From the IMG/VR virus record IMGVR_UViG_3300020477_000003, positions 1 to 51,039 of that record: a stretch of DNA of 51,039 nucleotides; one strand, 5' to 3'. Both the position numbers and the translations under genes were made by a program. The notes below the pieces were generated by a model. It was not told the DNA's origin, searched no databases, and saw only the letters and a program-made list of their open reading frames with translations. The stretch comes from a virus. Its lineage: Duplodnaviria; Caudoviricetes. Position 1 is the first letter of the stretch, and each line of letters begins with the position of its first letter. Shown in pieces: positions 36,997 to 46,068 of this stretch.

Positions 36997-37974
36997 TTAG
37001 CTTACAGCATCTTCAAAGAAAGCGCCACATTCGCTTGCAACCAATTTTGCATCAAAAGCCATTTCGCCTTCAATGCGGTCAGCAGCGAGGTGCTCCATGC
37101 GGTAACGCTTGATGCGGTTACCTTCAGGGCCAGCGCCAGTCAAGCCGTTCCAGGAGAACATGTATCCACCAGAGGGCGTCAACAAGCTTGGGCTTGGAGC
37201 AGAATAGGTCAACAACGCGCTATTGCCCAAGATGAAGCTTGTTGCAGTAGCGGCACCTTCAGCGGCGGTGTTGTTGGTAGCGGAAGCAACGATAACTTTG
37301 TCCAGATCCAACAATGCAGCCAAGATATCAGTAGTGACAATGCCACGCTGAGTATATTTGATGCGCTCAAGAACCTGCTCGTTGTTACGAAGACCACGGT
37401 AAACAGGGGCGGACAGCACTAAGGTGTTGGGTCGCTTGCCAGTTTTTTCCATGATTGCTTCTGATTGCTCCATGATGTTGTCGATAGGCGTGCCATCGGT
37501 TTCATCCCAACGCTTGAACTCACCAGCGCCAGGAGCACCGGCAACACCGTCAAGATCGATATCCCAGACACCGGTCTTAAAGAAACCATCAGCCCACACG
37601 CGGTCACGCTTCATCATCAATTGCTGAGTTACGTAGCGTGCTGAGTCGGCCTCAACATTAACGGCAGCGTCAGCGTTGGCGCGAACTTGGTCGTCAATGT
37701 TTTTATGGATGGCGTATACTTCGCAGAAATACGAAGCAGTGTTATCCAGGCGGAAACCACCACCAGCAGACTCGGTACCAGGAGCACGCAACTGAGCTTC
37801 AGAGCGCAACAAATCACCACGGTTGTAAACAAAATACCGATCACCCTGTCTTTGAACGGGAACGACCGGAAACACTTTATCGGCCACAAAACCAGCAGCC
37901 TCTTGCATATACGCGATACTGATATTCGACAGCGCCGCATTTACATGTACATCACTTGCAGTAGGTAAAGGCAT
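36997..37974 (-). CDS. Major capsid protein (lambda gpE-like)
   Basis: LSNISIAY, FVADKVFPVVPV, G.RPNTLVL; AAAGGAG RBS. Confidence 0.92.
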   Translation of the reverse strand: MPLPTASDVHVNAALSNISIAYMQEAAGFVADKVFPVVPVQRQGDRYFVYNRGDLLRSEAQLRAPGTESAGGGFRLDNTASYFCEVYAIHKNIDDQVRANADAAVNVEADSARYVTQQLMMKRDRVWADGFFKTGVWDIDLDGVAGAPGAGEFKRWDETDGTPIDNIMEQSEAIMEKTGKRPNTLVLSAPVYRGLRNNEQVLERIKYTQRGIVTTDILAALLDLDKVIVASATNNTAAEGAATATSFILGNSALLTYSAPSPSLLTPSGGYMFSWNGLTGAGPEGNRIKRYRMEHLAADRIEGEMAFDAKLVASECGAFFEDAVS

Positions 37975-37989
37975 GTTATGTACTCCTTT

Positions 37990-38373
37990 CTATGAGGCAC
38001 GGTGAGGTGCTTCAGTGTTAATCAAAGCGGTGACGATTTCACCTGACGCTCCGCCTGTAAGGGCTCGGCCTACGACGTATTCTGTGGTGTCGGTGCCAGC
38101 AATTTTCTTATCTGCTGTTCCAGACGCATCGGTGCCCACTAGGTCGCCAGAAGCGATAGTGCCGCCAGCGAGAACTTTTGAGGCCCCACTAATACACACA
38201 GTTGCCGCCTGGCCTGATGCGGGCTTGTTTTGTAAGACACCAACGGGAACGTCGGTTGCCGCCGAGCAGAGAACAGCCTTGCCGGCACTTAGGGTTACCA
38301 TTTTGTATTGATCGCTGGAGAGGTCTGCACCTGCTTCAAGCGTAATACATGTTAAACTTTCTTGAGTTGCCAT
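37990..38373 (-). CDS. Capsid cement/decoration protein (DUF2190-like)
   Basis: PVGVLQN, V.AGGTIASGDLV..DASG.A, VGRAL. Confidence 0.8.
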   Translation of the reverse strand: MATQESLTCITLEAGADLSSDQYKMVTLSAGKAVLCSAATDVPVGVLQNKPASGQAATVCISGASKVLAGGTIASGDLVGTDASGTADKKIAGTDTTEYVVGRALTGGASGEIVTALINTEAPHRAS

Positions 38374-38375
38374 AG

Positions 38376-39230
38376 TTAGCTCCTTTTGTTGGACTCAAAT
38401 TCATTGTTATAAGCTTGGAAAAGTTCAGCATTGCCTTCCAGCACTTTTGCACGCGCCTGATACACAGAAAGGTCAGGATTGGCCTTTTGAAGTTCAATTG
38501 CTCGCGCCTCAACTTTGTCCCATGCAGTCCCAGTTTCTTCCTTGGTCGCCTGACCAGCTTCTTCCAGTACTTCAGAGGTTTCCATTGCCTTGTTTACGGA
38601 CACCAAAATCGATTCAATTTTTGCAGCCGCCTCCGGTGCCGCTGCCGTCAGCTCTTGAAGCAATTCTCCAAGCGCCGTGGCGGTGGTCCCAGGGACGCTG
38701 CCGAAATCCGATCCGGCTTTCTCAATGAATTCTTTCCGAGCTTTTTCGGCCTTCATTACATTGATTTCGTTTTCCAATTCCTCAGCCTTTTGAATGGCTT
38801 CAGATTGACTTTTAAAAAGGCCCTCCACCTGAGCACGAACATCTTCTGGTACCTTCTCAATATTGAGTTCGGTATCATTATCTGCTTCGTTGCTTTCGAC
38901 AGATGGCGCTTCTTCTTCAATGCCTAATAACTCCTTTACGACGTTGACATTCGCACCAGTGAGTGTTTTCTGGTGGGGTTTCAAAAGTCGCATTGCAGCC
39001 GCGATGGCCTGGATGGCGTCATCAGACATTTCATTTTTCTTTAGTGTCTCTAAATACTGCTCTTCGTTTTCAAAGGGCGTATCCAAAAGACTAAGAATTT
39101 TGTCTTCCATGTCTTTTTCTCCTTTAAGAGAGGTTTCGTTTTTAAGAACTAAAAAGGTGCGACGGTTGGCCGGCCTGTCGACCAAACTAACCTCATGTGT
39201 TTCCAGTTCTTTTAATCGTTTAATTGTCAT
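38376..39230 (-). CDS. Scaffolding protein carrying an N-terminal protease motif
   Basis: EVSLVDRPAN, then acidic coiled coil; GGGAG RBS before ATG 39230. Confidence 0.75.
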   Translation of the reverse strand: MTIKRLKELETHEVSLVDRPANRRTFLVLKNETSLKGEKDMEDKILSLLDTPFENEEQYLETLKKNEMSDDAIQAIAAAMRLLKPHQKTLTGANVNVVKELLGIEEEAPSVESNEADNDTELNIEKVPEDVRAQVEGLFKSQSEAIQKAEELENEINVMKAEKARKEFIEKAGSDFGSVPGTTATALGELLQELTAAAPEAAAKIESILVSVNKAMETSEVLEEAGQATKEETGTAWDKVEARAIELQKANPDLSVYQARAKVLEGNAELFQAYNNEFESNKRS

Positions 39231-39294
39231 ACGAACTCCCAGCACTGCCAAAAAAGGCATGCTCGCAATTAGTAATTTTGTGATTACCGCAGGC

Positions 39295-40935
39295 TTACTG
39301 TGCTAAACGCCCGTCTTCAATCGGCTCTTTTACTGCGTAGCCGCCAATAGAATACCCTGTGTAGGCACCCTTCTTGATACCGCTCCACATGCTGTCATCG
39401 TGTACTTTCGTCACCATGACCCAAGAGCCTTTTCTGATTTGCTGACCACCTATATCCAGATCGGCGGGTGCAATGTAGCTTTCCACTATGTCTGCCTTGG
39501 CCGGCTTGCTGTGCTGATCGCCAACCATTCGGGACTTAATGAGGTAATTATGCGCTGCGTTTTCTATTTCGTCAATGGAAACAATGTCATTATGTGCATC
39601 AATTACTTCGGGCTCCAAAACAACGCCATAAACCAAACGTCTGTCTGCGTCGCTTTTGGCAATTTTAACCTGACGGTCAAATTTGTTGGAGTATGTTTTT
39701 CCGAGTTCTTCAACCTTGCGTGGAAGGCTGTATTTGGACTTAGAAAACGGATGAGGCATAACAAAATCAACCACATCGGCATAATGCTCTGCGGTATCTT
39801 TGCCCAGCGCCACGACAATGGCGCGGGCGTCGGCCTTGCCAATGGCGTCAAGCACCACCGGTGACCATTGCTCGACAAGCTCCTGAGAAGGGGTAGATCT
39901 CTTTCCGTCCGCGTTAAGCGTTTCAAATGGCACGATGTTGACAAAGCTTACCTGTTCTAAGGAGGTGTCGATGGGATCAATGATTTGTTCTGTTAAGTTT
40001 TTCTCAATACTGCCAGCAAGAGCGCGGCCCGCTGTTTTTTCGTCAAGAGTCGGCATCAAAGACAGAAAAACGATGGTGGCGTTTTTTTCAACCTTATTAG
40101 GGATGATGGTTCCCAAATACTCTTCTGTCGTCGTCGCTTCTGAGATAACGGTTGCAATATCTTCGATAATGCTGTCTTCGTCGGTTAGTGTAGTGCGTGT
40201 TACCGATGTGATTTCGTCATCAATCCCATCAACCCTAACATGATCTGCTATGTTAAAATCTTCATCAACCCAGCCCGTTTCAATGGTATTGCCCTCGTTG
40301 TCCACAAGACGGTACCGGTGCTTACCAGGAAATAAAGAGTGATTTTTCTTTCCGTCCACCTTTAGCACAATTTGAGGGGTTCGATTGAAAACGAAAAATG
40401 GCTTTTCGTCACTGTTTGCAAAAGCTTTTGTGCAGGATTTCGCAAGCATAACAAAATCTTGCCATGACCGAACCTCGCAAGGTCTGTTGCCGTCTGCGGA
40501 GACTGTAACTGGGTACAGGCCCTCAAACGCATCGCGCACCTTGAAGATGTCGCTGGTTTTTTCCATGTTTTTGGGGCCGAGTCGGTTCAGGTATGAGTTC
40601 ACATATCCCATGGCCCATTTCTCGGGTGTCTGGGCGCGATTAGGTTTATAAGTACCGAGCCCGCGCTTATACACGGACTTCAAAGCCCCAAGCGTTGCAC
40701 GAGTTTCCTTATTCTCTCCGAACCTTTTGTTGTGGGATCGCATTTTTCTACGCAAAGCATTCTCAACAGGCAGCGGTATTGAATTATTCGCCTTATCGAC
40801 TCCATCTTTTTTCATCCTCTGATATTCCTCGTTCGAGCCGCAGGGCATATATGACCCATTTGGCATTTTATGTACTGAATCACATCCCATCGACCGCGCT
40901 ACGGCGTAGGCTTGCTCAGGCGTCTTGTAGGGCAT
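39295..40935 (-). CDS. Multidomain XkdF-like prohead protease with a UDG-like insert
   Basis: C-terminal RLVYGVVLEP..DAH.D...IE.AAH.Y...QH...ESYIAP...GSW...GYSIGG. Confidence 0.85.
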   Translation of the reverse strand: MPYKTPEQAYAVARSMGCDSVHKMPNGSYMPCGSNEEYQRMKKDGVDKANNSIPLPVENALRRKMRSHNKRFGENKETRATLGALKSVYKRGLGTYKPNRAQTPEKWAMGYVNSYLNRLGPKNMEKTSDIFKVRDAFEGLYPVTVSADGNRPCEVRSWQDFVMLAKSCTKAFANSDEKPFFVFNRTPQIVLKVDGKKNHSLFPGKHRYRLVDNEGNTIETGWVDEDFNIADHVRVDGIDDEITSVTRTTLTDEDSIIEDIATVISEATTTEEYLGTIIPNKVEKNATIVFLSLMPTLDEKTAGRALAGSIEKNLTEQIIDPIDTSLEQVSFVNIVPFETLNADGKRSTPSQELVEQWSPVVLDAIGKADARAIVVALGKDTAEHYADVVDFVMPHPFSKSKYSLPRKVEELGKTYSNKFDRQVKIAKSDADRRLVYGVVLEPEVIDAHNDIVSIDEIENAAHNYLIKSRMVGDQHSKPAKADIVESYIAPADLDIGGQQIRKGSWVMVTKVHDDSMWSGIKKGAYTGYSIGGYAVKEPIEDGRLAQ

Positions 40936-42268
40936 CTTCTTCCTCCTGTAGCATTTCCTCTTCGGCCTCTTCTTCCACCAGCGCTGTTTCGGGTCCGGCT
41001 TCGGGCAGGCCGGCGATCTCTCTCACCTTGGCCTCAACGGCGGCATCGGGAGTTAGCAAATTAGCGCCAGCAACGCGCTGGATAAACGTGCCGATTTCGT
41101 CCAGCGGTGCTTTTTCGATGTCACCATGCTTGAACCGTGGCCATGCCTCGGGAGGAAAAACCGGATTAAGCTGCATGAGCCGTGCAACGGCGAACCGATT
41201 CAGGACCGCCTCAATAGAGTCCAATATCCCGCCTAATGCCGCAGCAAAAAGCTCGGTCTTTGAGGACGCCAGGGCGAAGGAGCCGTGCGAGTCAGTGCCC
41301 AGCAAAATAAACTCGGCCAGCACCGACATGGCAATACGGGACTCATACCGCTTGATGGTCTCGTTGGTGTCGATTTGGCGGCGACCTCCGGTTGACAACA
41401 GCGACAATTTAAACCCTGTGGGGCGATTGTCGGAGTCTACTTCGGAAGGCATCAAAACGCCTTCGCGTTCGTCGCGGCGAATTTGCTGAATCAGTGTCTC
41501 AAGATTGTTGCGAAGGGTTTTTTGTTCCGCCTTGGCATTGGGCATCATGATTTCTGGCGGAACCTGCAACACGGGCAGACCGGCCAATTCGCGCTCGATA
41601 CCAATGGCTTCAAGTTCTTGGATGCGCTTTAAAAAGAAGTAGGATCGATAGGCGTTGCGAAGCAGCGAGCGACCTTCGGGATTGTTCTTATTAACTTCTG
41701 TGCGGAACAAAAGCGCCTTTTTCATGGGAATAAATACGGTCTCATAGGCTGGTCCGCTATCTTGATAAAACCCCATAATCCCGCCATCTTCGTCTATTTC
41801 CCACCGCGTGATGGAGTCCTGGCCGCGCATGGCAATTTTACGCCAGCCAATGAGGCCGTCTGTGTATTTAGATTTGTACTTAGAACTCCTAGAGCTGGGG
41901 CCGCGCCGGATTTTATACACGATTTCAAACGCAGAATACCCAAACACAAGCATGCTCAGGATTTCTGATATAAGGTCTTCCCAGGTCAGCGACATATCAT
42001 CAAACGCGCACTCCCGCAGAAACTCGGCTGCGCGTTCGGCCTGAGGGTGGCCCGAATGGTTTTCCTCAACGGCCCAGGGGACTTGACGCACCAACGCTTT
42101 GATGGCGTACAGAATCGCGCCGATCACAGCATCGTTATCGCGCATTTCCTTGTAGGTGCGGATGGCCCGCGAGCCCGATAGCTTGTTCAACCATTCTTCG
42201 TAAATATGGCCGCCGGTTTGGTTTAGGCCGGAATACCCTAAGACATCCAAATTTGGGGAACGTGGCAT
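40916..42268 (-). CDS. Portal protein (DUF935-like)
   Basis: Y.EMRDND, FGYSAFEIVYK, NPEGRSLLRNAY, GSFALA; follows TerL. Confidence 0.88.
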   Translation of the reverse strand: MPRSPNLDVLGYSGLNQTGGHIYEEWLNKLSGSRAIRTYKEMRDNDAVIGAILYAIKALVRQVPWAVEENHSGHPQAERAAEFLRECAFDDMSLTWEDLISEILSMLVFGYSAFEIVYKIRRGPSSRSSKYKSKYTDGLIGWRKIAMRGQDSITRWEIDEDGGIMGFYQDSGPAYETVFIPMKKALLFRTEVNKNNPEGRSLLRNAYRSYFFLKRIQELEAIGIERELAGLPVLQVPPEIMMPNAKAEQKTLRNNLETLIQQIRRDEREGVLMPSEVDSDNRPTGFKLSLLSTGGRRQIDTNETIKRYESRIAMSVLAEFILLGTDSHGSFALASSKTELFAAALGGILDSIEAVLNRFAVARLMQLNPVFPPEAWPRFKHGDIEKAPLDEIGTFIQRVAGANLLTPDAAVEAKVREIAGLPEAGPETALVEEEAEEEMLQEEEDALQDA

Positions 42269-43620
42269 TAAAGTCTCCAGGGGTTATCGCGCTTCCCAAA
42301 ACCCCAATTAAATTGCGCCAGATCGAGGGGCGCTTTTCGTTTCAGCATCAACTCTGTTAATGCGTGAACCATTGCGTCCAGTCGGTCTGGAGATTTCCGT
42401 TGCCCAGGCTGGTAGGTCACCATTTGGTCTTCAAGGTCTTCAAAGATTCCAATATGAAAAACCCTTCCCTGCTCATAAAGAGCGGAGATGGGCTCAGCCC
42501 GCGATGCTTTTGACTTAGTGGCCCATACAGACTTTACCGGCACATTGGCGTTCGCGGTTTTTATTACCTCTTCAACCATCATACCGCCTTGGTTTGATTC
42601 AGCTACTATACGATCAGCACCATACTCAAAAAAAGCATTAATTGCAATTCGAGCCCAGTTCTGTGGGCTTTCTTTGCAAGACAGATCAGCAATGACATAA
42701 CCCTTGCCTTCTTCGCTTAATCCGCAGACAACAATACCAGTCTCGTCTTTGTCGGATTTGATGGCCGGATCGACGCCAACCACAACGCGCCGCATTTCCG
42801 GCATCTCCGAAACCCGCGCACGCTCAATGGTCGAAAACCGCCACAGCGAACCTGGGAGGTCCTCCAAAAGCTCGCCGTAAATTTCCTGCCGCCCTAAAGA
42901 CGTGCCCTCGTAGCGCCCAACAACCTCCTGAAAAAAGTTGCTCGATAAATTGCTCTTGTTCTCATAGGTCGAGCCGGTGGTCACATGCACGCCTTGTGAT
43001 TTTAATAACTGCCGCATCATCATCGAGGGCTTAGGCGTAGTGGTGATGCACATGCGCGGCTTGCGCCCCAAGCGCAGCCCCAGTTTTAAATGATCAAAAG
43101 TCTCATCGTATTGCCATGCTGCGAGTTCATCGCACCAAGCCAGGTCATGCTGGGGACCACGAAGCATATCGGGTTCTTGGGATGAATAAGTGGTCGCCAT
43201 TGCGCCGCTTGGCCATACGAGTCTGCGCTTTGTGATAATGTACTCAGGACGATTCCATGGCGGACAGCACGCCAAGATGCCCGACTCGCCCTCAATCATA
43301 ACATCGCGCACATCTGCTGCGGTACGGCCTACGAGCGCAATGCGCTTGGCGCGGCCTTTTTCAACCATCATCCGAACAAATTCGGCTCCGCTGCGGGTTT
43401 TGCCGAAACCGCGGCCCGCGCATATCAACCAAACAAACCAGTCGCCTTTAGGCATGATTTGCTTTGGCCGAGCCCACATCTCCCACATGTAGTCCATTTC
43501 TGCGAGCTGCTCGGTTGTTAGGGTCCCAAGGATTTCACGCTTGGTTTGGTCGGGAAGCGCCTGTATTTTTTCCATGGTGGACGGTTTTTCTTGTTTTGGT
43601 TTTCTTATGCGGGTCGCCAT
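42268..43620 (-). CDS. terL: Terminase large subunit
   Basis: AGRGFGKTR, LRGPQH...WCDE, ITTTP, VGVDPA, DETGI, SPDRLDA. Confidence 0.95.
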   Translation of the reverse strand: MATRIRKPKQEKPSTMEKIQALPDQTKREILGTLTTEQLAEMDYMWEMWARPKQIMPKGDWFVWLICAGRGFGKTRSGAEFVRMMVEKGRAKRIALVGRTAADVRDVMIEGESGILACCPPWNRPEYIITKRRLVWPSGAMATTYSSQEPDMLRGPQHDLAWCDELAAWQYDETFDHLKLGLRLGRKPRMCITTTPKPSMMMRQLLKSQGVHVTTGSTYENKSNLSSNFFQEVVGRYEGTSLGRQEIYGELLEDLPGSLWRFSTIERARVSEMPEMRRVVVGVDPAIKSDKDETGIVVCGLSEEGKGYVIADLSCKESPQNWARIAINAFFEYGADRIVAESNQGGMMVEEVIKTANANVPVKSVWATKSKASRAEPISALYEQGRVFHIGIFEDLEDQMVTYQPGQRKSPDRLDAMVHALTELMLKRKAPLDLAQFNWGFGKRDNPWRL

Positions 43621-44111
43621 CAGTCCTCATCTACCTCTGGTGCGGGCAATGCCATAACAGGCTCAGGTTCTTCTGCCTCATCTTCCGGTACCATGTCTAG
43701 TATTTTTGACATCAATCGGTCTTTAGCTTCGTTCATTTGCTCGATCCTGATGTCGGTTTTGACATCCAGGCGGTCCGGCGCGTCAAGACCAACAAGTTTT
43801 GAGCGACGCTCCATGATCTTTAGCACTCGATCAATGGCCGTTAGTTTTCCGTCCATGCAGTCTTGCCAGATCGCGGTCTGCATCTCGTCTAGGCGAGAAA
43901 GCTCAAGCGAACGAATGCCTTCGGCGGCAGACTTCATCTCTTTCGTTAGCCTTTTGAGCGCAGCGCGGATGATGTCGTTTACGCGATCAAGCGGTATATC
44001 AAGCTCATCAGATATGCGCTGAGCATCATGCCCCATCTTTCTAAGTCTGAGAATGTTGCTTGCCACCGTTCTCTGCGATAAACCATTACGAATGGATAAT
44101 ATGTCAGTCAT
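43620..44111 (-). CDS. terS: Terminase small subunit (HTH)
   Basis: LRKMGH...IS.EL; LELSRLD.M; AIDRVLKIMERRSKL.GLD; upstream of TerL. Confidence 0.75.
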   Translation of the reverse strand: MTDILSIRNGLSQRTVASNILRLRKMGHDAQRISDELDIPLDRVNDIIRAALKRLTKEMKSAAEGIRSLELSRLDEMQTAIWQDCMDGKLTAIDRVLKIMERRSKLVGLDAPDRLDVKTDIRIEQMNEAKDRLMSKILDMVPEDEAEEPEPVMALPAPEVDED

Positions 44112-44150
44112 AAATCAACAATATCACACATTTCACAATAAGGGGACTAA

Positions 44151-44456
44151 ATGGGGCGCGGCGTTCGACATTACGATCAAGATTTTCCACACGAAGAAGT
44201 AACAAAGATGCATTTAAGCGGTATGGGCATTTTGTCAATAGCGGTGCGGCTAGGAATACCAGCACGAAGCGTGCGGCGATACCTTTGCGAAGGCGAGCGA
44301 GTCACAGAAATGGTGCGCGACGGAAAAACAATCGAGCAAATCGCAAAAGCCCTCAATATCTCCCAGAAGGCTGCCGTGGCGCTGGCACGAACGCCCATTC
44401 GCCTTGATTATTACATAGAGAAAGGCATAGGCGGCTTGCCCGATTATATGATCTAA
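44151..44456 (+). CDS. Double helix-turn-helix protein
   Basis: GMGILSIAVRLGIPARSVRRYL and GKTIEQIAKALNISQKAA. Confidence 0.7.
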   Translation: MGRGVRHYDQDFPHEEVTKMHLSGMGILSIAVRLGIPARSVRRYLCEGERVTEMVRDGKTIEQIAKALNISQKAAVALARTPIRLDYYIEKGIGGLPDYMI

Positions 44457-44480
44457 GATAAATTGGGATCTAACACAGTG

Positions 44481-44521
44481 CCGGCCCTGCGGAGTCTTTA
44501 TCCGTAGGGGCGGTTTTTTTT
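44481..44521 (+). terminator. Rho-independent terminator
   Basis: CCG.CCCTGCGGA/TCCGTAGGG.CGG stem plus T8. Confidence 0.7.
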
Positions 44522-44532
44522 GTGAGGGGGCG

Positions 44533-44808
44533 GTGGCCGTGAGGGATATAGAAACCCTTATAGAAGAAAAAATACACGAGCTTGAGCAGATCTTAGGGCT
44601 TGAGCGCACTAATTACACGCCCATGCGGGAAGTGGTGGATATGTACTTTGATGGGGACGACCGCAGGGCACGGCTCTTTTTTTATGGGATTGGAGTTTTC
44701 CAGCGCGGCTTTATTTCTAAGGATGAATTATACGACATCGCCCTTATGGCAAATGCTTCCAGAGGGCTCGTTGATCGATTGCTCGAAAACATGGGTGTGC
44801 TTACATGA
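44533..44808 (+). CDS. Hypothetical protein
   Basis: GAGGGG RBS, ATGA-coupled to the next gene. Confidence 0.6.
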   Translation: MAVRDIETLIEEKIHELEQILGLERTNYTPMREVVDMYFDGDDRRARLFFYGIGVFQRGFISKDELYDIALMANASRGLVDRLLENMGVLT

Positions 44809-45968
44809 AGGCTTTGTTGTTTTTGTTGTTTTTTGTGTTTTTGCAGGCATGCGAGGATGATATTGTAATGGTTTCGCGTGTCTGCAATTTGCCGTGTTAC
44901 ACCGGCCCCACAGGTACGGCAGTACAGGGTATCTGTGAGGCTGGGGTAACGCTGTGTGACGAAAATGACATGGTAATAGAGTGTGAAGGCCAAGTTACGC
45001 CCGAGGATGAATTGTGCGATATGCTCGATAATGACTGCGACGGCATAGTCGACAATAACCTGGTCGAAGAGTGGGCGGGACAAGCTTGCGGCAGCGATAT
45101 TGGCGCATGCAAAGCAGGACGGGAGATTTGCTATGAAGGACAAAAAATCTGTGACGGAAGAGAAGAGGGAACACCGGAGCAATGCAATGGCGTCGATGAT
45201 GATTGCGATGGCCTGGTTGATAACATTGACGGCTTGGAGCTTTGCTATACTGCAAGTCCTGAGACTTTGGCGCATGGGGAGTGTCGGGCCGGAATAATGG
45301 AGTGCGTGAGCGGCGAGTTGACGTGCATGTATGAGCGCGTGCCAACCACCGAGATTTGTGACGGGCTCGATAATGACTGCGACGGCATGATCGACGAAGA
45401 CCTTGCGTCGGAGTTCGATGTTTTTTTTATTATTGATGGTAGTGGCTCGATGGGTGTGCTGACGGGCGAATCCGTCACAACGGCATACAGAATTGCTGGC
45501 GCACTGGAAGGCACAGACAGCTTGTTTGGCGCAGCGAGAGTTCCTGGGGGTGTGATCCCAGAAACCTACACATACAGCAACATGCTGCTAATAAGCGACC
45601 TTGTAGACGCAGCAACTTTTCAGGGGGTTATTACAAATGTTTCGAGTGTTGGAGGAGGCTCTGAGCCAACTATTGATGCCGTTTACAATGTCTGCCTTGG
45701 GGCAGAAGTCTCGTGGCGAGAAAACTCGACAAAGGCGATTGTCGTATTCTCAGACGAAGCACCGCAAAGTGTCGAAGGCAACACGATCCAAGACGCGGTT
45801 ACGGCATGCATCGATGCTGGGGTTATTATTTATGCAGCTGCTATTGTTGGTGTTGTTGGGGACTATCAAGACCTAGTTCACCCCACGGGAGGCGAGATAA
45901 TCTTACTGGGGCCGGCAGTATGGATGGTTGACGACATACTGGCGCTGCTCGCGGTTGACTGCAACTAA
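44805..45968 (+). CDS. Lipoprotein with MopE-like Cys-rich repeats and a vWA domain
   Basis: Lipobox LQAC; three E.C(D/N)..D(N/D)DCDG..D repeats; MIDAS DGSGSM; SDE. Confidence 0.85.
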   Translation: MKALLFLLFFVFLQACEDDIVMVSRVCNLPCYTGPTGTAVQGICEAGVTLCDENDMVIECEGQVTPEDELCDMLDNDCDGIVDNNLVEEWAGQACGSDIGACKAGREICYEGQKICDGREEGTPEQCNGVDDDCDGLVDNIDGLELCYTASPETLAHGECRAGIMECVSGELTCMYERVPTTEICDGLDNDCDGMIDEDLASEFDVFFIIDGSGSMGVLTGESVTTAYRIAGALEGTDSLFGAARVPGGVIPETYTYSNMLLISDLVDAATFQGVITNVSSVGGGSEPTIDAVYNVCLGAEVSWRENSTKAIVVFSDEAPQSVEGNTIQDAVTACIDAGVIIYAAAIVGVVGDYQDLVHPTGGEIILLGPAVWMVDDILALLAVDCN

Positions 45969-46068
45969 TACCGAATGAAGTCCCTGGTTGGAATCCGGCT
46001 GGCTGACGAGCCGCCAATGGAGGGTGGGTTGCTCGATGGTGGGCAACAGGTCTGCTGATGGGGGCAGG

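Noticed and set aside
40695-41489. 264-aa antisense ORF over the portal gene
   Set aside because: Ser-rich mirror of Glu/Ala codons on the coding strand
45975-46066. Hammerhead ribozyme (CTGACGAG present)
   Set aside because: No correctly placed GAAA core or supporting stems
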